DNA of 64,000 nucleotides from Escherichia coli (GTDB lineage Bacteria; Pseudomonadota; Gammaproteobacteria; Enterobacterales; Enterobacteriaceae): NCBI RefSeq assembly GCF_041248615.1, contig NZ_CP158426.1; one strand, 5' to 3'. Shown piece by piece: positions 20,303 to 31,261 of this stretch (position 1 is its first letter; each line of letters starts with the position of its first letter). The notes under the pieces were generated by a model. It saw only the letters and a program-made list of their open reading frames with translations, ran no database searches and was not told where the DNA came from. The position numbers and the translations under genes were made by a program.

Positions 20303-21331
20303 TTATTTCACCTGTACCACCACAAACTCATCCGGGTCCGGCAACACCATCAGCGGCGCGGACTGCGTCATGGTAAATTCACGGGCGGGATCCCCCACCG
20401 TCAGCCAGTGTTTCGGATAACGGGAAGAGGCCACCACTCCTTCAGACAACGCCTGTGCATCCTGAATGGCACCGTAACAACGGATCCCATCTGCAGCAGT
20501 ATTCCCCAGGACCAGCGTGCCGTCTGGCAGATAACGTTTTTCGGTACCGTCCTCTGCCACATAAGACGTTTTCGCCACCACAATGGCCAGATCACCGTAA
20601 TACCCTTTGAAAGACACCACCGCCCCCAGGTCTTTCACTGCCGTTTCGAGTTGCGAATTTGAACCGCGACGGGTATCCAGTTTTTCGCGGAACAGCTTAA
20701 AACCATTCAGCAGACGCCAGACGGTACCGTCCATAATGGCAATATTCACAAGGCCGCTGGCCTGGTCGCAGTAGAGGTCAATATCATGCGCAGGATCGAA
20801 CGTGTCACGATCGTGCTCAGACCATTTTTTACCACTGGCCTGCGTAATGTTATTCTTCGTCGACCTGCCAAAATCGACCTCAATTTTCTCGAACTGGTCT
20901 CCTTCCATGGTGTATTTGCCATACAGCACGGCATTTACCGCCTGCATTTCTTCCACCTGGACAATCGCGTGCTCTTCCTGTTTGAGGTTATCGGTAATGA
21001 TACGCAGACGGCGGTAAGCCGGATCATTCAGTTGAGATGGATCTTCACCAGGAAGGCGCTCAACCGCCTGCCGGGAATTAAATTCGTGTTTCGGCTTGAC
21101 GTAGCCCGGACGCAACACGCGGGTTTCACCACCACGATGACGCAGCACTTTTCCTTCAACAACCGGGGAGACATAGGCCGCCACCGGCGTTTTTCCGGTA
21201 ATTTTGTCCAGCATCACCTCTTCGGTATGGAAATTCACCGTACGACGGAAAAACAGCTCCAGAAACAGCGCACGAAATTTCACTTTTTGTTCGGTATAAC
21301 CGAGTAACTGGCGGGTCGTAAACAATCCCAT
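20303..21331 (-). CDS. E: major capsid protein E
   Basis: 342 aa, lambda gpE-like along the full length. Confidence 0.9.
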   Translation of the reverse strand: MGLFTTRQLLGYTEQKVKFRALFLELFFRRTVNFHTEEVMLDKITGKTPVAAYVSPVVEGKVLRHRGGETRVLRPGYVKPKHEFNSRQAVERLPGEDPSQLNDPAYRRLRIITDNLKQEEHAIVQVEEMQAVNAVLYGKYTMEGDQFEKIEVDFGRSTKNNITQASGKKWSEHDRDTFDPAHDIDLYCDQASGLVNIAIMDGTVWRLLNGFKLFREKLDTRRGSNSQLETAVKDLGAVVSFKGYYGDLAIVVAKTSYVAEDGTEKRYLPDGTLVLGNTAADGIRCYGAIQDAQALSEGVVASSRYPKHWLTVGDPAREFTMTQSAPLMVLPDPDEFVVVQVK

Positions 21332-21388
21332 AAATCAGTTCCTTTCATTCAGAAATCAGTCAGGCCACCGCGGTGGCCTGATAACGTG

Positions 21389-21736
21389 TTACGGCAGCGC
21401 CGCGTGACTCAGGGCACTACCGGCAAAGGCGTTGGCCTTTTTGTGTTCATCCACACTGTCAGGCCAGCGGATTGCCTCCGTCGCAAAGGTTCCCGACTTG
21501 TAATACGTCAGCACCGTCTCTGTGCCTTCAAGCGGCAGTACCAGTATGCCAACCGCACTACCGGCTTTCTGTCCGTCCCAGACCACCAGTTTCCCGGTGG
21601 CTTCATCCAGCATCAGGGGCGTCAGTGCCGGTGTTGGCGAGGAAATCCCGCTGCTGCCTGTGGCGGTATGAGCCGGATCATTACCGGCAAAAATACGTAC
21701 TTCCGCACGCTGTTCAGTGATGGTTTTCGTTACCAT
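21389..21736 (-). CDS. D: head decoration protein D
   Basis: 115 aa, lambda gpD-like (NDPAHTATG..., TPLMLD...). Confidence 0.85.
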   Translation of the reverse strand: MVTKTITEQRAEVRIFAGNDPAHTATGSSGISSPTPALTPLMLDEATGKLVVWDGQKAGSAVGILVLPLEGTETVLTYYKSGTFATEAIRWPDSVDEHKKANAFAGSALSHAALP

Positions 21737-21772
21737 ATTGTAAAAACCTCCTATTGATGGTCAGCACTGGCT

Positions 21773-23278
21773 TCATGGCATGGCCATGAGCATTTTCACG
21801 TCCGCATCACCGTCTGCTGACGTCTGTGGCACGCCACCCTGTACCGCTGCCGGTGAATGGTTCGCCATGAAATGTTCAAACATGGCGGTTGTGGATGCAG
21901 AGACCGGTTCTGCTTTACCTGACCCCGCAGCCAGCACAGCCCGGGCGTTCTCCACGGTCATTCCCGGGCAGGCAGCCAGCTGTTCAGCCTGCGCCTCAGC
22001 CCCTTTTGCCTCATCCAGGGCCATGATCTGATCACGGAGTGATGGTCCGGCATCCGCCTGCGGTGAAGCTGCCAGGATCGGGCGGGCTTTTTCCACCGTC
22101 ATCTCCGGCATCGCCGCCAGCGTTGCCGCCAGTTGTTCACGACCTTTCGCCTCTTCACACGCCATAATGCGATCGGCTTCACTCTGCGCGGATGCCACCG
22201 GCTGCTGTGGTGCCGCCGCGGCCAGGATCTCCCGGGCCTGTTCAACGCTCATGCCCTGTTGTCCCGCCAGCATCGTGGCAAGCTGTTCACGTCCTTTCGC
22301 TTCCTTACTCGTCAGGATCCCCATCACTCGCTGGTTCTCCTGCGCGGCGGCTTCCGTTGCAGTTAATTGCGGCATAGTGCCTCCTGTATCATGTGTGTAC
22401 AGCGCCGTGGTCATCACACTGATGGCATCCGACGCATTGACTAATTCATCCGCCAGCCCGGCCTCAATGCCGGACTGACCTTCAAAAACGGCGGCCTCTG
22501 TTCCCGTGACCACATCCACAGACAGCCCGGTATACATCGCCACTTTTTCGGCAAACATCCGGTGTGCCGCATCAATGCGCTGCTGCATGTCCTGACGCAC
22601 CTCTTCCGGTAAGGCTTCAAACTGATTGCCATCCACCTTGTGCGCCCCGGCATAAATCAGCGTGATATCCACACCGGCCTGCGCCAGATGACCGGCATAG
22701 CTGAGATGGCTCATCATCACGCCAATGGAGCCGATACGGGATGTCTGGGTAACCAGCCGTCGGGAGCAGGCCGACGCCAGCAGCATGGCTGCAGAACAGG
22801 CCGTGTCATTGCACAGTGCCCAGACCGGCTTCTGCTGACGGAGGCGGTAAATCATGTCAGCGCAGTCAAACGCGCCTGCGGCCTGCCCGCCCGGACTGTC
22901 AATGTCCAGCAGTACGCCCCGGACAGCGGTGTCCGCCATTGCCTGCTGAAGACAGGCGACAATGCCGTCATAGCCTGTCATTCCGGAAAATGGCCGCATA
23001 CCACCCAGCCGGTGCACCAGCATGCCGGTCACCGGCAGTACAGCAATACCGTTCACCACCCGGTAAACACGGGCCGGTCGTTTACCTCCGGCCATGTACT
23101 CGTCCGTTTCAGCCAGCATTCCGGGAGCATCAAGCTGTACCTGCTGTTGTGGTACCGAAAGACTTGCTGCCCCCATCTCGCGCCCGAGCGCGCAAAAGAA
23201 AACCCGCGCATAGGCGGGCTCCAGAAGCAGCGGTTCATTGAATGCTGCGGCAATAATGTGTGAAAGATTACGTCTCAC
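21773..23278 (-). CDS. C: capsid maturation protease / scaffold (gpC with nested Nu3-like C-terminal region)
   Basis: N-terminal S49/ClpP-like region like lambda gpC; C-terminal part has three about 35-aa repeats. Confidence 0.85.
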   Translation of the reverse strand: MRRNLSHIIAAAFNEPLLLEPAYARVFFCALGREMGAASLSVPQQQVQLDAPGMLAETDEYMAGGKRPARVYRVVNGIAVLPVTGMLVHRLGGMRPFSGMTGYDGIVACLQQAMADTAVRGVLLDIDSPGGQAAGAFDCADMIYRLRQQKPVWALCNDTACSAAMLLASACSRRLVTQTSRIGSIGVMMSHLSYAGHLAQAGVDITLIYAGAHKVDGNQFEALPEEVRQDMQQRIDAAHRMFAEKVAMYTGLSVDVVTGTEAAVFEGQSGIEAGLADELVNASDAISVMTTALYTHDTGGTMPQLTATEAAAQENQRVMGILTSKEAKGREQLATMLAGQQGMSVEQAREILAAAAPQQPVASAQSEADRIMACEEAKGREQLAATLAAMPEMTVEKARPILAASPQADAGPSLRDQIMALDEAKGAEAQAEQLAACPGMTVENARAVLAAGSGKAEPVSASTTAMFEHFMANHSPAAVQGGVPQTSADGDADVKMLMAMP

Positions 23279-24860
23279 GTGGTGTTGTCTCCTCTTCCGG
23301 CCTGCGACTCGCCGCTATCTGCTGCTGATACGCCTGCGCTATCCACACCGGACGTGAGAGTCCGGCTTTTTCCCGCTCTGCAGATTCCCTGACCTGCTGG
23401 CGGAAAATGTCCTGATAATCCTCACCCATCAGCGCCAGCTCTTTCTCATACGTGCTCAGTCCGGCCTCAATGCGCATCACCGATTCCTGGACCTCCTTGA
23501 GCCCGTCAATGGCCATTCTTCCGTCTCCAATCCACTCTGCCCGTGACCAGGATGAACGCGCCTGATAAAAATCAAAACGCGCCCGTGGCGGACGAATAAT
23601 CCCCCGCAGAAGAGCCTCTTCCAGCCAGCAGGAAAACATCTGCGTGGCCAGCCGGGCCGCAATAAATTTTCGCCGCCCCATAAAATAGCGCCACGACTCA
23701 TTGGCGGAGGCGCGGGCACTTGAATAACTGACCTTCGAGTAATCACGGGACAACTGTTCGTAGGAAACGCCAAGACCGGCGGCGATATACCGCAGCAGCG
23801 CCTGTTCAAGCGCAGAAAATCCATTGTCTGAATCCTGCGCAGTCTGTAGTTTCAGATCATCACCGGGGAAAAGGTGCGGAATTTTGACACCGCCCAGTGT
23901 CACGTTATTCGTGTCATACCAGCTGGAGAACTTCTCCAGAATATTAATAAGCGGATTATCCTTCTGCCCCTCCGGCGCACCGGCGATATATTCAAAGGCC
24001 TTTTCGGTATCAAGTTCACTTTCAATCGTCGCTGCATACATCGCCTTCACTATGGCTGACTGAAGCTGTGTTGCCTGCAGGGAATCGAGCATTTTCAGCC
24101 GTTCCATGACGCTGTAAAACTGATTAGCCCCACGGGTCTGCCCGTCCTCAACCGGCTCGAAAATATGCAGCATGGCCGGACGCCCGGTGGGAAGTTCACG
24201 CGGGATCCGTTCCCATCGTCCACTACCAGAGAGCGGAAAATCATCCTCACAGATATGGTACGCAACGGCCCGTCCATGCCGATCGACCTCCACCCCGGCC
24301 CGCAGAAAGCGGTTCCCCAAACCGTATCCTGGCGTGTCCACCCGTTTCGGACTCACGGCTTTAAAACGCGTACGAAACAGCTGCGTAGTCTCCGCATCCC
24401 AGACCGGCTGCACAAAGATTTCGCCGTTAAACGCATGAACGCCCACGCCTTCCCGGATAAATTCCGTGAACGTGCGTTTTCCTTCCACGTCGATCTCGCC
24501 AGACATCCCTTCGGCGTATTCCGACCAGGCCGCCTCCACCTCATCGACAAAGCTTTTTGCTGCGGTCTCCCGCATCCCCAGCCAGCGCCAGTTCGGACGG
24601 TAGCTGATCAGAAACATATGCCCGACTATGTGATCCTTATGCAGGGCCACCGCATTAGCCGCTATTCCGTTATTGCGCACCAGATCATCTGCCCGGGCAT
24701 TCCCCAGACGCAACGCGGGCAGCAGGGCCGCATCGACACTCTGCGCCGGTGGCAACCACTCCTCCATTTGCCCGCCAAATCCTGCGCCGCCCCCGTTGTA
24801 GCTGAGACTCTCACGAAGCGGAACGCCGTTCACATCAATCAGGACAGGCGTTCTTTTCAT
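23268..24860 (-). CDS. B: portal protein B
   Basis: 530 aa, lambda gpB-like. Confidence 0.9.
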   Translation of the reverse strand: MKRTPVLIDVNGVPLRESLSYNGGGAGFGGQMEEWLPPAQSVDAALLPALRLGNARADDLVRNNGIAANAVALHKDHIVGHMFLISYRPNWRWLGMRETAAKSFVDEVEAAWSEYAEGMSGEIDVEGKRTFTEFIREGVGVHAFNGEIFVQPVWDAETTQLFRTRFKAVSPKRVDTPGYGLGNRFLRAGVEVDRHGRAVAYHICEDDFPLSGSGRWERIPRELPTGRPAMLHIFEPVEDGQTRGANQFYSVMERLKMLDSLQATQLQSAIVKAMYAATIESELDTEKAFEYIAGAPEGQKDNPLINILEKFSSWYDTNNVTLGGVKIPHLFPGDDLKLQTAQDSDNGFSALEQALLRYIAAGLGVSYEQLSRDYSKVSYSSARASANESWRYFMGRRKFIAARLATQMFSCWLEEALLRGIIRPPRARFDFYQARSSWSRAEWIGDGRMAIDGLKEVQESVMRIEAGLSTYEKELALMGEDYQDIFRQQVRESAEREKAGLSRPVWIAQAYQQQIAASRRPEEETTPRET

Positions 24861-25063
24861 AACCTCACTCCCAGCGGACGACGGCGACGTCGGGTTGTCC
24901 CCAGTACCGACTCCGCATCATTGATCGCCCGGTTAAGCTCATCCAGAGAAGCCGCCGTATATTCAATTCTGCGACCATCTTTCTGGACAGACACCACCCG
25001 TTTACCGGTTAATAAATCAAGGCGCGCCTGACGCAGCGCCTGCAGTTCAGCGACTGTAACCAT
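24857..25063 (-). CDS. W: head-tail joining protein W
   Basis: 68 aa, lambda gpW-like (LTGKRVVSVQKDGRRIEYTAAS). Confidence 0.85.
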   Translation of the reverse strand: MVTVAELQALRQARLDLLTGKRVVSVQKDGRRIEYTAASLDELNRAINDAESVLGTTRRRRRPLGVRL

Positions 25064-26975
25064 TCACTCCTCCGGACAGCTTCGCTGCCAGTTCTTTAAG
25101 GGTTGGCCGGGTCGTCTCTTCTTCCCGGGATTTTGCCAGTACAGCCAGATCAAGCTGCCAGCGTTGCACGGACACACGTAATGCCGCGTAGGCATACACC
25201 AGGCAGTCCAGCGCTTCGTTACGCCGCTTTTTGTTATCCCACAGCAGACGCATCTTTCCTTTTTCCCACTTCTCCACAAGCTCTTCCGCGACCAGTTGCT
25301 GCGCCTCTGTCTGCGAAAAAATCTCCGGATCATCAGGAAAACGGATGGCATACGACGTGGATTCATCCGCAGGCGTGGGAGCGGCTTTCATACGGGCATA
25401 GAGAATTTCTTTTGCGGTGTCTGTCCCCACTTCACACAGATACACGCCCCGCTGATTGCGGGTTTTTGGCATGGTGATGACCGGCTTGCCATAGACAGAT
25501 GCGCCTTTTACCGGCAGCACCCGGAAAACACCGTGTTTTTTTGACCTCTGATAAACGATTTCGCCATCGATCCCCCCGATGTCCCAGCAGACACGGGAAA
25601 TGGTCATTTCGGTTCCGTCTGCATGGCGGTATTTTTTGTTGATCGCCGCATCCACACGTAACAGCGTCTCTTCCTCATCGGGACGTCCCATAATGATGAT
25701 TTTATCCACCAGAAAGGCTTCCTCTCCCGGAGCCCATCCCCAGACATACATCTCAAAACGGTTTCGCTGCGAGTCAATGCCCGCCGTCAGATAAACCACC
25801 CGGGCAGGCACCGCCGCCGTGTAACGCACAACCTTATCCATCAGTACCTGGTGATCGAGTTTTTCGCCCACGGCCTCTTCCCAGGTCTCGCCCAGCGTGG
25901 TGTTCACAAAGGTTTTCAGGCCGTTGGGATCTTTCAGTGCATCCAGCCAGTCATAGACTATCTGTACCCAGGTGGTGAACGGACTGTACGCCGTCCAGAT
26001 ATGGAAAGTGATGGAGCGCGGCGGCGAAATTTCATCACCCCGGGCGCTGAAAAACATCAGGCCGTCACGGGTCCACATCCCCGTGTTTTCACAGATCCAC
26101 CGCCCGTTACTCTGGTCAAGCTCAGACTGATGGATCACACAGCCATGATGCTCACAAAGGTAGAAAACGCTTTCGGGGCTGTCCTTATCCCATTTAAGGC
26201 CAAAAGGCGTGGATTCATCGCCAAATTTCAGATACTGCTCCTCCCCACAGTGCGGGCAGGGCACATAAAAACGCATGAAATGCGCCGACTCGTTAGCGGC
26301 TTTTTCGATCTGGCAGGAGCCTTTGATTTTAGGCGTCGAGCCGCGAATGGATTTTGGCCATACAGAGCCCTCAATACGTTTATCCCCCAGCAGGGTTGGC
26401 GAGCCCTCTTTTTCAACATCCGGTTCGAACGAGGAAAGCTCGTCATAACAGACCACGTCCACGGATTTTTCACGGTAGTTTTTTGCTGCCGCACCACCCA
26501 GACACCAGAACCCCACACCGGAGGAAAAACGCTTCAGGGTGAGCGTATTATCGCGGTGTTTTCTTCCGAACCATGGAGCCAGCTCCAGCAATGCAGGAAC
26601 ATCCCTTATCGTTGGCTCAACATGAGATTTCATAAAATCTTCAGCAGCTGAGTCCGTGGGCTGAAAAAGCAGACTGTTGCGGGATTTATGCTCAATAAAA
26701 TAAGCCTCCACTCCCAACAGCATTTTTGTATAACCAACACGGGCAGATTTAATCAGATTAACAGTGCGGATCAGGTCATTACCCATACTGTTCATTATGG
26801 CAACCTGAAACGGCAATGTTTCCCACCGCCCTGGTGTGTAAGACGACTCTTTCGGCAGGTAATAATGTTGATCTGCCCACTGAACTGTCGTCAGGGGTAC
26901 AGGAATTTTTAGCGCAAGGAGACCAGTCGTTATCGCTCCTGTAGAGTTAGCCGCCCTCAGCTCGTCTGAAATCAT
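25047..26975 (-). CDS. A: terminase large subunit A
   Basis: Lambda gpA-like along the full length; start placed at MISDEL by alignment. Confidence 0.9.
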   Translation of the reverse strand: MISDELRAANSTGAITTGLLALKIPVPLTTVQWADQHYYLPKESSYTPGRWETLPFQVAIMNSMGNDLIRTVNLIKSARVGYTKMLLGVEAYFIEHKSRNSLLFQPTDSAAEDFMKSHVEPTIRDVPALLELAPWFGRKHRDNTLTLKRFSSGVGFWCLGGAAAKNYREKSVDVVCYDELSSFEPDVEKEGSPTLLGDKRIEGSVWPKSIRGSTPKIKGSCQIEKAANESAHFMRFYVPCPHCGEEQYLKFGDESTPFGLKWDKDSPESVFYLCEHHGCVIHQSELDQSNGRWICENTGMWTRDGLMFFSARGDEISPPRSITFHIWTAYSPFTTWVQIVYDWLDALKDPNGLKTFVNTTLGETWEEAVGEKLDHQVLMDKVVRYTAAVPARVVYLTAGIDSQRNRFEMYVWGWAPGEEAFLVDKIIIMGRPDEEETLLRVDAAINKKYRHADGTEMTISRVCWDIGGIDGEIVYQRSKKHGVFRVLPVKGASVYGKPVITMPKTRNQRGVYLCEVGTDTAKEILYARMKAAPTPADESTSYAIRFPDDPEIFSQTEAQQLVAEELVEKWEKGKMRLLWDNKKRRNEALDCLVYAYAALRVSVQRWQLDLAVLAKSREEETTRPTLKELAAKLSGGVNGYSR

Positions 26976-27495
26976 CAATCCACCTGCACACATTCTCACC
27001 TGATTCAGAAGCCACATCGGATGCTTTCGCGATTTCAGTTTTCACAGCATCAAGATGTGCTGGTGATATATCAGGGTATTTACGCTGCAGTGTCTGCGGA
27101 ACACGAACAAGGATCCCGGATATATTCTGCGCAACTCGCTGAAAAATGTAGGTAAATAATTCCGTTTCAAGAACCAGCCCTTCCTCACGAGCATTTTTCA
27201 GTTCCTGCGCATCTGCCTGTGCTTTTGTGAGACGGTAGCGTTCGTAATCAATCGTACCGGGCTGCAGATCCGACTCAGCAGCCACGCGCATATCGTCGAC
27301 TTCCTTACGAAGTTTTTCATTTTCAATGTCGGCCTCACGCTGAGCGAACCACTCAATCGCTTTTCCCGTATCAAAAATCGCTTCATTCCCTTTCCCGCCG
27401 CCTGATATCAGCGGCAGCCCCTGATTTTGCCAGGTGGATATAGTCCGCACATCAACATCAAAAATCTCAGCCAGCTTTTTCTTGTTAACCCTCAC
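26947..27495 (-). CDS. nu1: terminase small subunit Nu1
   Basis: 182 aa, lambda Nu1-like (MxVNKKxLAxIF...GGGKGNE...). Confidence 0.85.
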   Translation of the reverse strand: MRVNKKKLAEIFDVDVRTISTWQNQGLPLISGGGKGNEAIFDTGKAIEWFAQREADIENEKLRKEVDDMRVAAESDLQPGTIDYERYRLTKAQADAQELKNAREEGLVLETELFTYIFQRVAQNISGILVRVPQTLQRKYPDISPAHLDAVKTEIAKASDVASESGENVCRWIDDFRRAEGG

Positions 27496-27669
27496 ACCAG
27501 CATCCCCTCCAGCAAGAAAATGACCCGTTTTTTTAAGAAAGGATCTTAAAACTGCCTTTTCAGGCGAAACGAAGCCTTATCAGATCCTTTCTCAGAACAA
27601 ATAAAATTCAATATACACAATGACTTACAAGAAAGAAGAACGGATCTGAATTTCCCGTAAAAATTTCAT

Positions 27670-27700
27670 AAGGAGTTGTTTTGCGCGAGGTCGACGCCCC
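27670..27700 (-). other. cos site (cosN-like cohesive end sequence)
   Basis: Minus-strand GGGGCGTCGACCTCGCG closely resembles the lambda cosN region as recalled, about 190 bp upstream of nu1. Confidence 0.5.
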
Positions 27701-27850
27701 GTAACGGGCCGGATTGCCGGAAAGGACCCGAAAAAAACGAGAATAATTATCACTTACAGCAAGAATCGAATCTGATCTATTCTGATGCTTGCTATTATGT
27801 GCCGGCACAAGTGCGTCGTTTACCGTCATTTCACACAGAGGCATCATCAA

Positions 27851-28102
27851 ATGAAAATCAGAAATATTCTCGCTATCTCCCTTGCAACATCATCCTTCAG
27901 TTGCCTGGCATTTAAACCCTCGCCCAATGTGCTACCAGGACCAACGAATCAACTAACTGCGGTAGAAAGTAAAATTATCGGACATTTTTATGCCCCACAC
28001 AGTGCATTACCCGGAACAACCATCACAGGGACATGTGACGCCTCCCCCATTCCGGGATGCACCTGTCCGTTTTGTACTATGCTGCGTAGCCAAAACCGAT
28101 AA
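27851..28102 (+). CDS. small secreted Cys-containing protein precursor (moron)
   Basis: Signal-peptide-like MKIRNILAISLATSSFSCLA; C-terminal CDASPIPGCTCPFC; lies between cos and the lysis genes. Confidence 0.4.
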   Translation: MKIRNILAISLATSSFSCLAFKPSPNVLPGPTNQLTAVESKIIGHFYAPHSALPGTTITGTCDASPIPGCTCPFCTMLRSQNR

Positions 28103-28466
28103 CATCCGCATTTACCTGGTATTCCATGATGAGTTCACGCAGCGACTGATAGAGGAAGGAAAGATGGTTAGCAAAAGCAAAGGCGCATTGCCGCCGCATG
28201 CTGCAGGCATTGCAACAGACGAGAGCAGATATTTTTGACCAGTTGGAAAACTGCCAGCATACTTTGCCCGAGCATATCGCCATCTCATCGGAAACCAGTG
28301 CAACTCTTATTCATCGGGTTACACCAGAGAAAAAGAAGAAATGAACAGTGAGGCGTTGTGTGGCATACAACGCCTTCTTCCATCATTTCTCGTCAGCCAT
28401 GACAAAAATATAACCGCTGGCTCTTTCATTTTTCTCCTGCTTCCAGCCCCTCTCTACCTGGAAGCA

Positions 28467-28793
28467 TCAGGGACGTGATGGCGTAAAGATAAATTGTCTC
28501 TTCACTCCCTGACGGGGACTATTCTTTTCAAATCTCCATTTCGCCATGGCCTTCACCACTTCATCACGAAACAAATTATGAGGCTCTGAGCGGAGAAAAA
28601 CGATCCGTGTCACAGTCCCGTCAGCACCAATATCGAACTTAACCTCAACCAGCCCCTTGATATAATTTGCTGCAGCATATTCCGGATATCGTGGATACAC
28701 CGTCACTAATTGCCGGGGCTCATCAGCTTTTTGCTGCGAGCATCCCACTGCCAGGGCAGATAACAGAAAAAGTAGTGAAAGGCGTCTTTTCAT
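28467..28793 (-). CDS. lipoprotein with a TonB C-terminal-like domain
   Basis: Lipobox LSALAVGC; VTVYPRYPEYAAANYIKGLVEVKFDIGADGTVTRIVFLRSEPHNLFRDEVVKAMAKWRF aligns with the TonB_C fold signature; AGGA SD. Confidence 0.5.
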   Translation of the reverse strand: MKRRLSLLFLLSALAVGCSQQKADEPRQLVTVYPRYPEYAAANYIKGLVEVKFDIGADGTVTRIVFLRSEPHNLFRDEVVKAMAKWRFEKNSPRQGVKRQFIFTPSRP

Positions 28794-29414
28794 TTTTATT
28801 CCTACGGGTCTTATTCTGACAATATATCCTGTGTTCCAGACTGCCACATCACCACATCCTGTGCCATTATCTGACTCACATTACATACATCGCATCAGGA
28901 TACAGTAGTAGCACTTTCTGTAATACAGCTTCCGGTTTCTTCCACCATCGCACCGGACTGGCGAGCATGAGGGACAAACCCGCGAACCATAAACGCGGTA
29001 AAAACCCGGTGTGCATCGTTTTTGATTATTCCCGCACACTCGCGCAGAAGGAGTTCCCCGTCGGGCTACGGTCTCTGTTAATACGGGAATACGGCGACGA
29101 TACAGCGCATGATATGTCAGGCTTGAATACCTTTATCCGTTAAAAGGGATATCAGTTAAGTTATCCCGTGTAGGGTATAAGCCATTGTCGAGACCACTCA
29201 TTGAATGGTCTCTGCAATAACCGATGTCTTTCCATCAGTCCGCCACCACAAAGAATCTTTTTTGCCATAAGGCAGGAGGTTCATCTTTCAGTGGCTGCCA
29301 GTGTTATTTCCCCACTTACTGGCTTGGGTTGTTTCGCTGTACTGCCGTAACTGGTTTCCCAGAATAAATTCTGGTTTCATTATCAAGCCCACCCGTAGAT
29401 AGGCTTTGTAATGG

Positions 29415-29702
29415 CTACTTCTTCAGAAATGATTCGATGAATTCACGTCGGGGATGACGATAGTTCAGAATATCTTCTGGCATCCTCATAAAGCGGTTGT
29501 TGCCGTCTTTGGCAGTAACAAAACAGCTGTGAACTCCGCAGACATCCGTTTTGATTGTGTCGCTATACTCAAAAAGCAACTGAGCCATCTTCTCTTGCCA
29601 TTCTGGTGGCATAGCCTCCATGAATACTCGCGGCATCACGCAGAACGACGCATGCGTAAGACCAAACCACAGTTGCAGGTTTTTACGATATTCTTCATCC
29701 AT
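29415..29702 (-). CDS. hypothetical protein
   Basis: 95-aa ORF just downstream of Rz; no recognised family. Confidence 0.35.
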   Translation of the reverse strand: MDEEYRKNLQLWFGLTHASFCVMPRVFMEAMPPEWQEKMAQLLFEYSDTIKTDVCGVHSCFVTAKDGNNRFMRMPEDILNYRHPRREFIESFLKK

Positions 29703-29920
29703 CGTCTTTACCTTTGTTGCAATAAAAAGCCCCGCGAATGCGAGGCTAAATCCTGGTGTTTGTGATGACTGGCTCTTATCTCAACGCAGCCCCTTACCGC
29801 GCGCCAGATGCTCAATATCAAGAATCAGCAATGAGATGTTTAATCTGGATTCACTCCAGAAGTGATCACCACCCTGTCTACAGAGCCAGATGTGAAGGAT
29901 GATGAGTAAAATTATCGCTA

Positions 29921-30388
29921 TCATCGAAGGCATTGCGTCCTGATGTATTCCTGAAGCGTTCTCAGTGCTGTTTGGTCGCGGATAATTCCGTCCCGGACAC
30001 CGAGAACGTTTCGTCCAGCAACTGGAGAGAGTTCGACGGTGGCATCATTGCCCATGCCGGAGGCGCTGGAGGTTTCGGCTGAGGATGGCACAGGGCATTT
30101 TCCTTTGACGAGCACCCTGCCACCATTATCAAGCTTGCGCCGAAGAGCATCATTTTTAGCTTTCGCATCAGCTAACTCCTTCGTGTATTTAGCATCGAGT
30201 ACATCAGCAGCACGCTGGCGTTGCTGCATGTTAGTAATGGTGGCGGTCGCCTGCTTCAGCTCACTGACTTTTTTATCTCGCTGTTCTTTGTAGGCGATGG
30301 CGTTATCACGGTAATGATTGACCGCCCACGACAGGCAGACGATGATGCAGATAACCAGAGCATAAATAATCGCGGCGACTCTGCTCAC
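29921..30388 (-). CDS. Rz: i-spanin Rz
   Basis: Lambda Rz-like ([29 protein letters not shown]); GTG start overlapping the endolysin stop. Confidence 0.8.
   Translation of the reverse strand: MSRVAAIIYALVICIIVCLSWAVNHYRDNAIAYKEQRDKKVSELKQATATITNMQQRQRAADVLDAKYTKELADAKAKNDALRRKLDNGGRVLVKGKCPVPSSAETSSASGMGNDATVELSPVAGRNVLGVRDGIIRDQTALRTLQEYIRTQCLR
29962..30168 (-). CDS. Rz1: o-spanin Rz1 (lipoprotein embedded in the +1 frame of Rz)
   Basis: Signal and lipobox [13 protein letters not shown], Pro-rich mature part, lambda Rz1-like. Confidence 0.7.
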   Translation of the reverse strand: MRKLKMMLFGASLIMVAGCSSKENALCHPQPKPPAPPAWAMMPPSNSLQLLDETFSVSGTELSATKQH

Positions 30389-30918
30389 TGATCTATCCCC
30401 CAACAGGCTAATGCGCTTTCCTGGTCACGACGAATAACCTGTCCGTAGCAGTTATTTGAACGTGTGCGGCAATCACGCCCACCGTCCTTAATCCACCAGC
30501 GAATCGACTCACAGGCACCTTTACGATCACCGGCATTAAGCCGCTTATAAAACGTCGACGGGAAACACTTACCGGGACCAATGTTATAGGGACAGAATGA
30601 CGCTATACCCGCTTTCTGTGGTTCGGTCAGTGGTACTTTAATATTGCGCTCCACCCATGCCAGCGCCTTATCACGTTCAATAGCGTTAACCTGGTCGCAT
30701 TTTTCCTTCGACAGCTTCATTCCCGGTATGACGGGCTTACCATCCACCATTGTGGCACCACGACAGATGGTCCATATACCGGAAGCATCGCGGTATGCCG
30801 TTGTGTGGTTACCTTCTTTTTCATCCAGAAACTGGTCGAGAATATCAGGCGCAGGCGCACCGACGGCAATCAGTGCCAGAACGGCAGCCGACAGGCCGTA
30901 TCTGATTTTTGCGTTCAT
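30385..30918 (-). CDS. R: SAR endolysin (lysozyme, phage 21 R-like)
   Basis: N-terminal signal-anchor-release helix [17 protein letters not shown] followed by a lysozyme domain. Confidence 0.85.
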   Translation of the reverse strand: MNAKIRYGLSAAVLALIAVGAPAPDILDQFLDEKEGNHTTAYRDASGIWTICRGATMVDGKPVIPGMKLSKEKCDQVNAIERDKALAWVERNIKVPLTEPQKAGIASFCPYNIGPGKCFPSTFYKRLNAGDRKGACESIRWWIKDGGRDCRTRSNNCYGQVIRRDQESALACWGIDQ

Positions 30919-31261
30919 GGATATTTATCAGGATTTATCGGTTTCTGAACCCTGGATATGTTTATCTGTCCCGGCCTGTTGAATCAGGCGGGGAAAAGGT
31001 AAAGACAATCAAGAGGATTATTTATGGGCAATAACACCATTTCTCTACAGGAGTTGCTCGACTGCATTTCCAGGCTTCGGGATGATGTAAATGCCCTCAC
31101 TGTTGCATTTTCATATCTGGCCTTCTCAATTCCCAGAGAACAAATGCAACCAACACTGGCATCGCTTCTGCTTGAGTCACGCAACCCCAAATGGTCCCAG
31201 GAACAACAAAATTCTTTCAAGTGGCTGGCGGCATTACTGGAAGAAAAATATGCTGGTGAAA

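Noticed and set aside
27990-28303. Overlapping ORFs of 63 to 82 aa on both strands
   Set aside because: Mutually overlapping, no recognisable features; a 24-aa reading frame with a strong SD exists inside but is too short to call
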